Of a DNA stretch of 64,000 nt, positions 39,079-51,205 are shown one piece after another. Below the pieces are notes generated by a model. That model searched no databases. It was not told the DNA's origin and saw only the letters and a list, made by a program, of their open reading frames with translations. The stretch is from Mobula hypostoma. Taxonomy: Eukaryota. Where the stretch lies: positions 61,072,001 to 61,136,000 of the forward strand of contig NC_086097.1 of the NCBI RefSeq assembly GCF_963921235.1, given 5' to 3'. The first letter of the stretch is position 1. Each line of letters begins with the position of its first letter. The position numbers and the translations under genes were made by a program.

Positions 39079-42000
39079 TGTTATGTTTGTTTCTAATAAA
39101 AGACAAACTGCATGGATAAAAATGCAAGTGCATATTTATTTACAGAACACTCCAGTCATGGGTTCAGCTCACCAACGTCACTTCTGGTCCTAGGATGAAC
39201 AGCCTGCATTGCACATTGGGAACAGAAGTTCTTTATTATGTATACACATAATAACACATTTTCCTCCTTTAAAGCAAAGCTGCAGGAAACAATAATGCTT
39301 TCCAACACAGATATTTGCACAAACTTCAATTATAATGAGCAAGTACAGCCCGTAATTCATTCATCAACTCTCAGTCAGTCTCCGAGGTAGTTTGATGATC
39401 CATTTTGGTCTGCCATTTGTTTCTACAGATGCCTCACTTTCATTTGATGTGTTAATATTAGTGTCTCTTTGAGAACTCTGATCAATATGTTCCTTTCTTT
39501 CACATCTTTCTGCAAAGATTCTATCTGTTTGTCACTGTTCTTGTTCCTTCTGTCTGACCATTATTGCTCCACATGCCTCATAAAGGAGCCCTGGAACACC
39601 TCCATGTGATCAGTGAGTTTTTTCACTAGTTACAGCTGATTCTGTCTCAATACATGGAGCTACTTGTGCTGGCTGAGTATCGTAGTTAGCAACTCCTCCT
39701 GTTGGTTTGTGTTGAACTCTTGTTGTTGTTCTGACCTTTGGGTCAGTGTGGTTGATCCATATTCCATTTTATTTTTCCTCTTCAACTTCAGAGGCGATCA
39801 GGGAGATATCTTTGACTTTCAGTCTTTTACTGAAGGAAAGTTGATGAGAGACAGATTTTGAACCACAGCTGCATGATATGAGAGCAAGACTGGCGACTTC
39901 TTCATCGTGATCACTCTGTTCAGCACTGGCATCCTGACTGCCATGTTGGTGTAAATGGTACAGATGTCTATGAAATGTAGAGTTCTTGTACTTCTCTAGG
40001 ATATCCACTTTGGAGCTCTCATGCATACTGTTACGGGTTTCTCAAGTTACATCAGCTAAGCATCCGAGTGCCTCAGAGACAACTGTGCACTCTTCCATGA
40101 GAGTTGCCTGGTCATCTTTGGTCTGTGAAGCCACTACAAAAACCCTTTCAACCAGGTTGAGGCTTACACATGCAGACTTACCTACTATTTGCTTTGCAAC
40201 AATCAATAGGTGGGCCTTTAGGTAGTGCACCTTGTGCTTGAAGGACACTATACAGCCCCATTTTACTGGAATGTTCTCTCCAGCATAGCCTGTCACTTTT
40301 AGTTTAACTGGGTAAATCTTGCTCTTTACTTTGAGAGTCTTGTAATCATCCATGGATAATAGATTCACTTGAGCTCTTGTGTCAAGCTTTAAGGGAATTT
40401 ACTGTCTCATTCACAGTCACTGGAACAATCCATTCTGTGTTACCAGCACCAGCAGTCTGTAGCAAATCTACAAAGTCTTTCTCCGTCTCCTCAGCAACCA
40501 TGTGCACCTTTCTCTTAATAGCCCCAGCTTTGCCGCACTTTGCAAAATGATTCTTCTTCCAACAATTTCTGCAGGACTTTCCATAAGGAGCACACATTTT
40601 TGGAATGTGCCTACCTCCACACCTGCTGCATTTGCTATTTGAGCCTACCTATTTGCTTTGCTGTTGCTTTGGGAAATGCCATATATTTTGACCCTCTGTT
40701 TTCACATCATATACTGTTGTTTCTGCCAGGTGCAGCTCCTTGGCTTGTGCTCATGTAGTCTCCACTGCCCTACACATATCCACAGCCTTATCCAGCATTA
40801 AATCTTTTTCATGGATCAATCTTTGTCTAAGTCTGTTATCTGGGACTCTGCAAAAAAAAATGTTTCTGACTAGTGAGTCTATCAAATCTCCAAACTCACA
40901 GGTCTTACTGAGTGTGTGAAGCTCAGCTAATTATTGGTCAAAGCTAGCATCTCATTTCTGGTCACAGGAAACTAACCTGTATCTCTCGAACGTGATGTTT
41001 TTAATAGGGACGAAATGTTCCTCAAGTTTTGTCATCAGAGTGTTCAATGTTATGGCTGTCTCATCTATTTGAAGCTGTTTTAGATGTCCAAAGCATCTTT
41101 GCCAATTACAGGTAGAAAAATAGACATTTTCAATTTTTTATCCATGCCTCCAGCTCTATCCACTGCTATTCAATTGCTGTTTGAAGTGTTTCCAGTTATC
41201 AATTCAATTTCCATTGAACTGCATAGGTACGAGAGGACTTACCTTACCAACGCCAGCATTTTAGGGCTCTCCCCTGAATCTCTCTTGATGAATTCCATGA
41301 GCAGCAGCTTCAGGAAACAACTTCCTCTCTGGCCTGTAGCTTCTCACCATCAGAACCTACCATGTCTATTTTAATCCCGGTACAATTACTCTCTGTGCTT
41401 AGACCACATATCAACTTCTGACGCTATGTTATATATGTACTTAATAAAGATAAAACGTAACGGGAGTAAAAATGAACACATCTTTATTTGAGACATTGCA
41501 GTCATGGCTTCAGCCCGAAATGAGCCCATATGATCAGCTCTCTAATGTCACTTCTGGCTCAAGGGTGAACAGCCCACAATGCACACTGTGAACTGAAGTT
41601 CTTTATTATGTACATATACGGGGGATGATTGATAAGTTCGTGGCCTAAGGTAGAAGGAGTCAATTTTAAAAAAACTAGCACATTTATTTTTCAACATAGT
41701 CCCCTCCTACATTTGCACACTTAGTCCAGTGGTTGTGGAGCATACGGATCCCTTCTTTGTAGAGGTGGTCCACAGCAGAGGTGATTGATAAGTTTGTGGC
41801 CTTAGGTAGAAGGAGATGAGTTATACAGCTCTCGTTACATGCACATGCAGTTCAACTCTTTGAGTGAAAATGCAGGAAGTTTGAAGTTTCTCCTCATCTC
41901 CTTCTACTTTAGGCCACAAACTTATCAATCACCCCTGCTGTGGACCACTCCTGGAGGTCCAAGACGCCGACTTCTACAAAAAAGGGATCCGTATGCTCCA

Positions 42001-42115
42001 CGACTGCTGGACTAAGTGTGTAAATGTAGGAAAAATAAATGTGCTAGGTTTTCTAAAATTGACGCTTTCTACCTTAGGCCACAAACTTATCAATCATCTC
42101 TTGTATAATAACACA
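39079..42115 (-). mobile_element. Internally deleted Gypsy (Mag-like) LTR retrotransposon with both LTRs
   Basis: LTRs at 39079-39258 and 41427-42115 (the latter contains a mariner insertion), with TG..CA ends. 5-bp TSD GAGAG (39074-39078, 42116-42120). Decayed tRNA-Leu-type PBS (41414-41426) and a PPT next to 39258. Gag knuckle CRNCWKKNHFAKC and protease LKLDTRAQVN. No RT, RNase H or integrase core recognised. Confidence 0.88.
41619..42103. mobile_element. Foldback mariner-derived non-autonomous element, 485 bp, four TIR copies
   Basis: TA TSD. About 40-bp TIR ggggtgattgataagtttgtggcctaaggtagaaggag. Both arms carry the mariner transposase C-terminal coding end. Confidence 0.9.
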
Positions 42116-42722
42116 GAGAGGAGTGGGGACAGTATTACAGTTGTGGATAAAAGTATCCAGGGATGTGGGTAAGTAAGTAAATTAAAGCTGTTGTACAAAA
42201 GTCAGGCTCCAGCTCCAGGCTGGCTCTTTCTCAGAGAAGATCCCCCTCAAAATCATTCTTCTACAGAGATTTCAATGCTATTCAAACCTTATGTCTGAGA
42301 TTGTGCCTCGGAATTGAGGGTATATTTCCCTGGTATCCTTGTACAGTAACATTAGCAGGGCAAGCATTATGCAGAAATGCCTGCTAATGTAGAAAACCCA
42401 GTGATACCACATTCATTAATATCTTACATTAATACTTCCTCTCATATGAGCATTGGAAAAATAAAAACAACTTTAATTCTCAAACAGTGAAATGAGAACA
42501 TCGCTATATGCCCATATTTCAAGACCATTAAAGGTTAGAATATCTGGTTACAAGGATATGAATCTCCATCAGTAACAGAGAAAAAAAAACTGCAGATGCT
42601 GGAAATCTGAAGTGAAATTGAAGAGTGAAAATCAGATTTCTAAATGGACAATCATCCCATGAACACTACCTCTATGTTTTCCCTCTTTTTGGTTTACTTG
42701 TATGTTATGGTTTTTATTATTA

Positions 42723-43344
42723 CGAGGGGTGATTGATAAGTTCATGGCCTAAGGTAGAAGGAGTCAATTTTAGAAAACCTAGCACATTTATTTTTCAACA
42801 TAGTCCTCTCCTACATGTACACACTTAGTCCAGCGGCCGTGGAGCATACGGATCCCTTCTTTGTAGAAGTGGTCCACAGCAGGGGTGATTGATAAGTTTG
42901 TGACCTAATGTACAAGGAGATGAGTTATTAACGTCAAACTTACTGCATTATCACTCAAAGAGTTGAACTGCACGTGCATGTAACAAGAGCGTCTTGGATC
43001 TCCAGGTGGTCCACAGCAGGGGTGATTGATAAGTTTGTTGCCTTGGATAGAAGGAGATGAGTTATACGGCTCTCATTACATGCAAGTGCAGTTCAACTCT
43101 GAGTGAAAATGCAGAAAGTTTGAAGTTAATAACTCATCTCCTTCTATCTTAGGCCACAAACTTATCAATCACCCCTGCTGTGGACCACTTTCTGGAGGTC
43201 CAAGTCACCGACTTCTACAAAGAAGAGATTGGTATGTTCCACGACCGCTGGTCTAAGTGTGTAAATGTAGGAAAAATAAATGTCTTAGCTTTTCTAAAAT
43301 TGACACCTTCTACCTTAGGCCACAAATTTATCAATCACCCCTTG
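42723..43344. mobile_element. Foldback mariner-derived non-autonomous element, 622 bp, five TIR copies
   Basis: TA TSD. Inverted arms of about 270 bp (42723-42990 vs 43069-43344). The left arm read on the minus strand gives FYKEGIRMLHGRWTKCVHVGEDYVEK*. Confidence 0.9.
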
Positions 43345-43346
43345 TA

Positions 43347-44694
43347 TTTGGTGGGAAAGTTGTTGGAGAAGAGCCTGAGAGGCAGAATTTGTGAGCATCT
43401 GGAGAGGCATAATGTGACTAGGGATAGTCAAAGGCAGGCCGTGCCTTACGAGCCTGATTGAATTCTTTGAGAATGTAACAAAACACATTGATGAAGGTAG
43501 AACAGTGGACGTAGTGATCATGAATTTCAGTAAGGCATTTGATAAGGTTCCCCATGCAAGGCTCCTTCAGAAAGTAAGGAGGCATGGGATCCAAAGAGAC
43601 CTTGCTTTGTGGATCTAGAACTGGCTTGCCAGCAGAAGGCAAACGGTGGTTGTAGATGGTTTGTATTCTTCATGGAGAATGGTGCCCAGTGGTTTTTTTT
43701 CATAGGGATCTGTTCTGGGACCCTCTCCTCTTTGTGATTTTTATAAATGACCTGGATGAAGAAGTAGAAGGGTAGGTTAGTAAGGTTGCTGATGACACAA
43801 AAGTTGGGTGTGTTGTGAATGGTCTGGAGGGTTGTCAGAGGTTACAACAGGACATCAATAGGATGCAGACATGGGGTGAGAAGTGGCAGATGGACTTCAG
43901 CCCAGATAAGTGTGAAGTGGTTCATTTTGGTAGGTCCAATTTGAAGACAGAATATAATATAAATGGTAGGACTCTTGACAGTGTGGAGGATCTGAGTGAT
44001 CTTGGGGTCCGTGTTGATAGGACACTCAAATCTGTTGTGCAGGTTAACAGTGTTGTTAAAAAGGCATATTGTGTGTTGGCATTCATCAACCATGGAATTA
44101 AGTTCAAGAGCCGTGAGGTAACGTTACAGCTATACAAGACCTTGGTCGGACCTCACTTGGAGTACTGTGTTCAGTTCTCACCACCTCTCTACAGGAAGGG
44201 TGTTGATATTATAGAGAGAATGCAAAGGAGATTTAAAAGAATGCTGCCTGGATTGGAAGGCATAACTTATGAGAAAAGGTTGAGCGTACTTGGCCTTTTC
44301 TCCTTGGAGAGACAGAGGATGAAAGGTGACCTGATAGAGGTGTATAAGATGCTCAGGGGCATTGATCATGCGGATAGCCAGAGGCTTTTTTCCCAGGGCT
44401 GAAATGGCTAACACGAGGGGGCATCATTTTAAGGTGCTTGGAAATAGGTACCGAGGGGATATCAGGGGTAAGTTTTTCCACACAGAGTGTGGGTACATGG
44501 AATGCACTGCTGGCGGAGCTGGTGGAAGCGGGTACAATAGGGTCTTTTAAGAGCGTCTTCGATAGGTACATAGAGCTTAGAAAAATGGAGGGCCATGTGC
44601 AAGGGAAATTCTAGGAGTTTCTAGAGTACGTTATATGGGCACAACATTGTGGGCTGAAGGGCCTGTAATATGCAGTAAATTTCTATGTTCTATG
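43347..44694 (+). mobile_element. 5'-truncated decayed CR1 LINE nested in a Rex 3' end (about 42630-42720 and 44695-44775)
   Basis: Motifs NFSKAFDKVPH and KVADDTK. ORF 43815-44402 contains LYKTLVGPHLEYCVQF. Ends in a ttctatgttctatg tail. Confidence 0.9.
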
Positions 44695-47600
44695 TGTTGC
44701 AATGTGCTGCTGCCACAAAACAGCACGTTTCACAACATGTGAGAGTGATATTAAACCTGATTCTGATTCTAATTCTGTTTCTGAGCGCTGGAACATACAA
44801 CACACTAGATAGCATCAACTCTGTGACTCTCTCCTCAGATGCTGGTGACCTGCACAGTGCTTCAGCACCTTTTCCTTTTAATTGTGAATCTTCAAAATTG
44901 ACAGTTTCAGCCTCAGTCACTTGTACAAGATGCCAATTCTGCAGCCTCCTTTGCCTTCATAGCTTTGCATCACGGGGCTTTGAAGTCAAAGATTAAAATA
45001 GTCTCTTTCAGGACTGTTAGAAAATATAAAGATAGGACTGAGCAAAAGCAGATCGAACTGTCAACCAACATTGAGGCTTCTATCTTTTACAATAATTGAT
45101 CTACAGCCCCCTGTAAACCCTTTATGATGTCATAGCCTAACTACAATCTAGCTGTGTATTAACACTCTGCCCTCTCATCCGAGTTAATGCAGAAGTCCAA
45201 GCAGTGATGCTTGAAGCACAGCACAATTTATAACCTACCACCTTGAAAATTACCCAGTTCTTTCTGTTAACCAATCCTCAATCCATGATACGTTTCTTCA
45301 ATCCCATAAAATTTGAAGAAAACTGAACGATTTAGAAAACAGAGCAGGAAATCCTTAGATTTTTAACGTTGCCATATCCATATTTCCATCAAGTTATCAT
45401 GGCTGAAACTATGATTCTTAAAGACTAGATTGGAAATCTGGCTGATAAAATAAGCAGTGCTGAAAGGAAACTAAATCAAAATGGATAATAAATGTAATTA
45501 TAACTATATGGTTACATGGGAGGTAAATATTGACACTGACTGATTAGATTATAGACAATAATATGGAGAGTAATTAATAATATGGTAAGTAATTCCAGAG
45601 ATATATATGGGAAAACAGTTACTAGTAAGATGTTACAGAAGATTGTATTGGTACATATAGGGACTTAAAACCTGCTGAATTTGAGCAAAGGAAGTTGTGT
45701 GTCTTACTTTTTATGAAGAAAATACATGAATATTAAATCATACCAAATTTTCAGATTTAGCACTGAAGGGTTTCTGTGACCAAAGTAAAGAGGGAAAGCC
45801 ACAGTATCTGTTTCACCAGATTTTATTATAGTCAGATTTATAGTACATGGATTGAAAATAAACTTAATTTAGTGAATTAATTCAATATCAAGTCAGGTAC
45901 AGAAAGAGATATAGATGGAAAGGAAACTTGGATTGTGGGAAAATAAAATCGAAGATTAATAGGTATTCAAATACTTAATTTTTAAAAAGTCTTAAGTGAA
46001 TGAGTTTCTCAGTATCGGTTAAATTTCAGTACCAGGAAGATTGAACAATGGCAATTATTATTTTTTTTTTTAGGTACCAAGGCTGATATAGATAAAAGTA
46101 CAGATAAGTTTGGTTTGAATCTACCTAAGTGCAGCAATTTCTGCATTCCACTGGGGAGTCAGAGTGTTTGGAAATATTAGAGCAGCTTTAGGTTACTGAA
46201 ATTACTTGCACTATTTCCTTTTTGCATGAAGTTGCTAAATCATTTAAACTTAAGAACTAACAGTGATAAATATCATGTCTACCTTGATGTGGAAATCTGG
46301 ACCAATATTCTCTACAGATTTCCCCAGTTTATAAGTGCCTGATGTATGCAGTCTCAAATGCCCCCAATACCCCCTATTTGTCTATGGAAAATAGGCAAAG
46401 CGTTGTTGTGAAATGAAACTAGATTACATATTGTTGGATACTGTAGGAAAATTCAGTGCCAGAAAGCATACAAAAATCCTGAAACTGTTGAATTGTAAAG
46501 GTGTTGATTTTTGATAAAGCAGTTCACAGATGTCACAAAACTGCTGTCAAACAAAGCTTTTGGGCTCAATTATAACTGTCTGTAGACTAAAATAATGAGG
46601 ATTTTCCTCAGTGAATAGTAGAAAGGCAAAGAACTAATTTGGCAGGAAAGTGTATAGACAGTTGTGACAGAGATGGAGTTAAAGGAGTACCAGTCATCCT
46701 TAATAGTTGTGCTGACGGTAGGCGATAGCTGGAAGATGTCCTGCTGCATTCCACTTGTGGCTCACTCAGCCCTCTTAATTACCAATTGGGTAACTCTGAC
46801 GTTAACAATAGAAAGAAAGAATGGAGTATAATTTTCAGTACATCTGCACCCTGATTTAAGCTGCTATTGGCCCAGAGCATATGTTTGTTCTGTGAATGTT
46901 ACATCCTAAGAAACGGTATGTCCAGTGTAGAAATTGAGACAAAGAAGAATCTAGAACAGTGCAGCAAAGGAACAGGCCCTGCAGCTCATCTGCACTAAAC
47001 AAGATGCCAAATTAATCTAAATCTTTTCTGCTGGTGTTTGATCCATATTGCTTTATCCCTGCCTTCCAAACAGTCTCTCAAGTACCATAACACCTAGCAG
47101 CCCTTTATTTTATGACTGTGTAAAAAAAAAAGTGCCCTGTACATCTCCTTTCAATTTCCTTTTCTCACTTTAAGTGCATGTTCTCTCATTTTGACATTTG
47201 TACCCTGAGAAAAGTGAGAGGAGAAGCCCAGATCTAGGAGCACTGAAGACTGGTGAAGTGTGAAGTGGGACAGTGTGGATCTGGGGCATGTAGTTACTGT
47301 CAGCATATGAACATAGCTGAGATGGGTTTTCAGCTCTGTGAACATCTGAGTAGAGGGAAAGCAAATTCAATGTTCTGATACAAACATCTTGGACACTGTG
47401 TAATTATACATAGCTTTTAAAACAATAATATTTTTCTCTGTATTTCAGTACATATGACAATAATAAACCAATGCAAAAACTGGTACATTTTAAAAATATA
47501 AATGGACACTCAGATATTTTTGACCAGGTGATTTTTGAACAGCAGAAATTTGAAGAACTAAAGAAACATGCGCACATCAGTGGATTTGTAGCCATAAAAT

Positions 47601-47821
47601 TGGACGTAAAATTAATGCAATTTCTAGGAGGTATGCAAAGAAATGGTCATAAATGTGTCTCACAGGATAACTGATGCCAACAAATTTGGAGGCAAGCTAC
47701 TAAAGAAGGACCAGAGGTAGAGACTCAGGGATGAGCTCACAAAATCAAACTCTGGTCAGATAATACTTTGATATAAACAGTGAGTTTTTGGAAGCTGTAA
47801 AACTACATAGTGAATCTTTAA

Positions 47822-48050
47822 ACAGTAGAGATTCTTCAGATGCTGGAAATCTGGAGCAACACACATAAATGTTTGAGGAACTTAGCAGACCAGGCAGCAT
47901 CTATAGAGAGGTATAAGCAGTTAATGTTTTGGGCTGAGACTCTTCAGCAGGATGGAAAAGGAAGGGCGCCAATGCCAGAATAAGGTAGTGGATGGAGTGG
48001 TCCTCCTTCCGCAACCCCCCCCCCCCCCACTTTCCTATTCTGGCTTCTGT
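47822..48050 (-). mobile_element. Decayed Penelope-type terminal repeat remnant
   Basis: cagatgctggaaatctggagcaacacac...caggcagcatctatag...ttttgggctgagactcttcagcagg belongs to the same family as 49061-49291. Confidence 0.65.
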
Positions 48051-48259
48051 GTCACTTCCTCAAAGAATTCAATCAGGATCAAAAAACCATGCTGATTATC
48101 CCTGATCATACTATGCTTCTTTAAATACTTGTATATACTGCCTCTAAGAATTAACTCAATTTTCAAATGAGAGAAAGAGATTGCCTCTAAGGATCCACTC
48201 TATTTTTAATGAGTGACAAAAGACAGTGCCACCTCAAGATCAGACAATCTACCAGTATC

Positions 48260-48900
48260 ATGATGTCTATGCACATTGGAGCATTTAAGCCACATATGAA
48301 AGATACGCAAGCTTGTGATCATGGCCTGATTTGAAAATTAGCATGAACCATTTTGCGCAGAATTGCATTGATTGTGCTCAGCATAACTCTGAACAGTACA
48401 CTAATCAAGGAGATTTGCACCACACAAGATCTGTTGAAGACGTGGACTGCACTGCAGATAAATTATGTTGGATGCCTCCCACCTTGCAAAAGCAGATATA
48501 AATATATTCTAATTGTTATGGGTGTCTTCACTAAATGGGCTGAATATTTCACACAGACCTCCCCACCAAGAATTAGCCCAGCTAAATTTATAGCTCAAAC
48601 TTTAGTTACCCAGAACTTTACTCATGAAGGTTGACTCCTTGTATTGATTGACCAGGACACCCATTTGTTTATACGTGCAAAGTGCTGTTCATAGTGATTT
48701 TGTTGAATACATGAGTCGTACTTGGAAAAAAAAACTTAACAGTTGACAATTTGACAGCACAATTGTGCTGTGCAGCAGTGTTGTCCTTTCTGATCATTCA
48801 AAATATCATTTCTACTTCCATACGACTTCCCCCACACCAGCTCATTACCAGGTGCACTGTAAAAGACCTTGAGACTCTCATAGGGCTTGCCCTTCCACAG
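48260..48900 (+). pseudogene. Ancient retroviral- or Gypsy-type integrase relic
   Basis: Zinc-finger remnant WPDL...HFAQNCIDCAQH, then core TWTALQINYVGCLPP...YKYILIVMGVFTKWAEYF and a DQDTH remnant. Catalytic acidic residues have decayed. Confidence 0.65.
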
Positions 48901-49060
48901 TCAGCAAAAGATGTTTTGAACATTTCAAATTTTATTGAAGAATATTTCCACTGCACACTAATTGTTTATTATCCAAAGCAAAAATCAGACTTGCAAGGCT
49001 TACTCTAGGGGGAAAGTTTACACTGGTGGAATGTGATATCAGACAAGTTATGTTCCATAT

Positions 49061-49291
49061 AACACACATAAAAGTTGCTGGTGAACGCAGCAGGCCAGGC
49101 AGCATCACTAGAAAAAGGTACAGTCGACATTTCGGGCTGAGACCCTTCGTCAGGACTAACTGAAAGAAGAGCTAATAAGAGATAAATTACTAGTAAGAGC
49201 TAGTAAGAGATAAACGCAGCCTTGCCTGATGCGTTCACCAGCAACTTTTATGTGTGTTGCTTGAAATTCCAGCATCTGCAGATTTCCTCGT
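49061..49291. mobile_element. Penelope-type inverted terminal-repeat (hairpin) insertion
   Basis: Perfect 29-bp inverted arms (49061-49089, 49230-49258). 14-bp flanking direct repeat with 1 mismatch, GTTATG(T/C)TCCATAT (49047-49060, 49292-49305). Confidence 0.8.
49121..49158 (-). ncRNA. Minimal type-I hammerhead ribozyme-like motif
   Basis: Minus strand reads UAGUC-CUGACGA-A-GGG-UCUCAG-CCC-GAAA-U-GUC-GACUG: core boxes, 3-bp stem II, 5-bp stem I, no real stem III. Activity untested. Confidence 0.65.
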
Positions 49292-49787
49292 GTTATGCTC
49301 CATATATTCATTTGAGGTATCTTCCTTTCTTCCAGGTATTGAGAACCACTTACTATTGTTGACAAAATGAATCTTTCTAAATAAAAGCTCATGCTAGATC
49401 CGAGAAGGCTGTTTGGGATCAGGTTACCCAAATAAGAGCTTCCGACGCTCAACATAGTTATCATCAGTTGCACGTCCTTCTTGATGTCCTGATAGAGTGA
49501 GAGTTTTAATTGATGGCTGAGTGTCCTACACATGGTTGATGACACAGACACAGGTGCCAGCAATATCACCATGAGTGGTGGCACAGGTCAGGTGACCAAA
49601 TGTCCTGCACTCCCTTACTGACAGAAGTGACAGGTGCTTCTTCTATCTCACTCTTTATAGTGATAAATCAAATTTAACGTCCTAATTTTGAACTGTACGT
49701 AAAAGGAAAGCAACACTTTCATTTCGGTACCTCTGGGATCACTTTGTTCACTACATTGCAATCTGGCTCTTAGCTCTACTACTTTCA

Positions 49788-50380
49788 AGAGTCATTGAAA
49801 GTGAGTCCATAGGTTGTGGGAACATTTCATGATGGAGGAAGTGAAGTTGAGCGAGGTTATCCACTTTGGTTCAAGAACCTGATGGTTGAGGGATTGTAAC
49901 TGTTTCTAAACCTGGTGGTTTGAGTCCTGAGGCTCCTGTACTTTCTTCCTGATGGCAGCAGTAGGAGGACAACATTTCCTGTGTGATGGAGGTCTCTGAT
50001 GCTGGACACTGCTTTCCTACGCCAAAGCTTCATGTAGATGAGCTCAATGGTGGGGAGGACTTTACCCGTGATGGACTGGGCTGTATCCACTACTTTTAGT
50101 AGGATTTTATGTTCAAGGGCATTGTTGTTTTCATACCAGGCTGCAACATAGCCAGTCAATATATTCTCCAATACACATCTGTAGAAGTTTGTCTATGGTT
50201 TAGATGTCATGCTGAATCTTCACCAACTCCTAAGGAAGTAGAGCTGGTGGCATGCTTTCTTTGTAATCACACTTATCTACTGGGCTCAGGACATGCCCTC
50301 TGAAATAATAATCACTGAGGATTTAAAGTTGCTGACTCTCTCCACCTCTGATCCTCCGATGAGGACTGGCTCATGGACCT
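49788..50380 (-). mobile_element. Rex1/Babar 3' fragment
   Basis: ORF 49857-50171 contains LLLLPSGRKYRSLRTQTTRFRNSYNP. Confidence 0.85.
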
Positions 50381-51102
50381 GGCCGTAATGTACTTTATAG
50401 CTGTTAGCTTCTCCGAGATTGTTAAAGATGTCATTATTTATGTTACACTTAATTAAGCAAACTACCATAACGTTACAGATAAAAAGTGGACATACTGCCA
50501 TAAAGTCAAAGTAATGTCTATGCGGCATGCTAAAAAGGGGATAAATTAGTGCCCTACCGTATAACTAACACCACTACCTCCAGAGGCCAATATTTGCAGA
50601 AGACCTAAAGTTAGGGACTCAGAGAAGAAATGACCAATTTGAACACTGACTAGACTCATGTAGAGCAGACAATATCTAACTATAGGCTGTAAGGACTGAA
50701 AGCTGTGAACTTGTGTATCTAAAGAATCAATTCACTTTTTTTTTTGAAACTGTATTGTGAATTCTTGAGTTGCTTGGAACTAATCACAGTTGAAGTATAG
50801 CTATTAGGCAAAATCACTCCCTAATGCATTTTGCAATGTGCTGCACGTAATTTGCAACACGAGCCTTATAAAGAGCAGCCAATAACCAAAATATTGGCTT
50901 AAATTAATCTAAGACACATAAAAAATACCAAAAAAGACAAAAAAGAAAACAACTTCTGAACCTCCTCTTTTGTACTCACATACTGGCACTGAACCCTCCT
51001 GTCTGTCTGTCTCTTGTTTTACGACGGTTGGCATCCAGCTTAATGGTGCATTACCGCCACCCTCTGCTCCAGAATGTGCACTAGACATACATTCTAAATC
51101 CC

Positions 51103-51104
<2 letters not shown>

Positions 51105-51156
<52 letters not shown>
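51105..51156. repeat. (CA)26 microsatellite in the Nimb 3' UTR
   Basis: Direct read of the sequence. Confidence 0.95.
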
Positions 51157-51160
<4 letters not shown>

Positions 51161-51205
51161 CACTTCACCCTCCCAGCTTTGACCATCCTAGTATCCTATT
51201 CCTGT

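Noticed and set aside
41619..43344. Recurrent 40-bp repeat separated by spacers, superficially CRISPR-like
   Set aside because: The repeats occur in both orientations, the spacers are copies of each other, the ends are TA-flanked with mariner coding remnants, and there are no cas genes in this eukaryotic context.
45000..47400. Hints of decayed protease or RT motifs upstream of the integrase relic
   Set aside because: The motifs could not be read reliably by eye; left for an HMM search.
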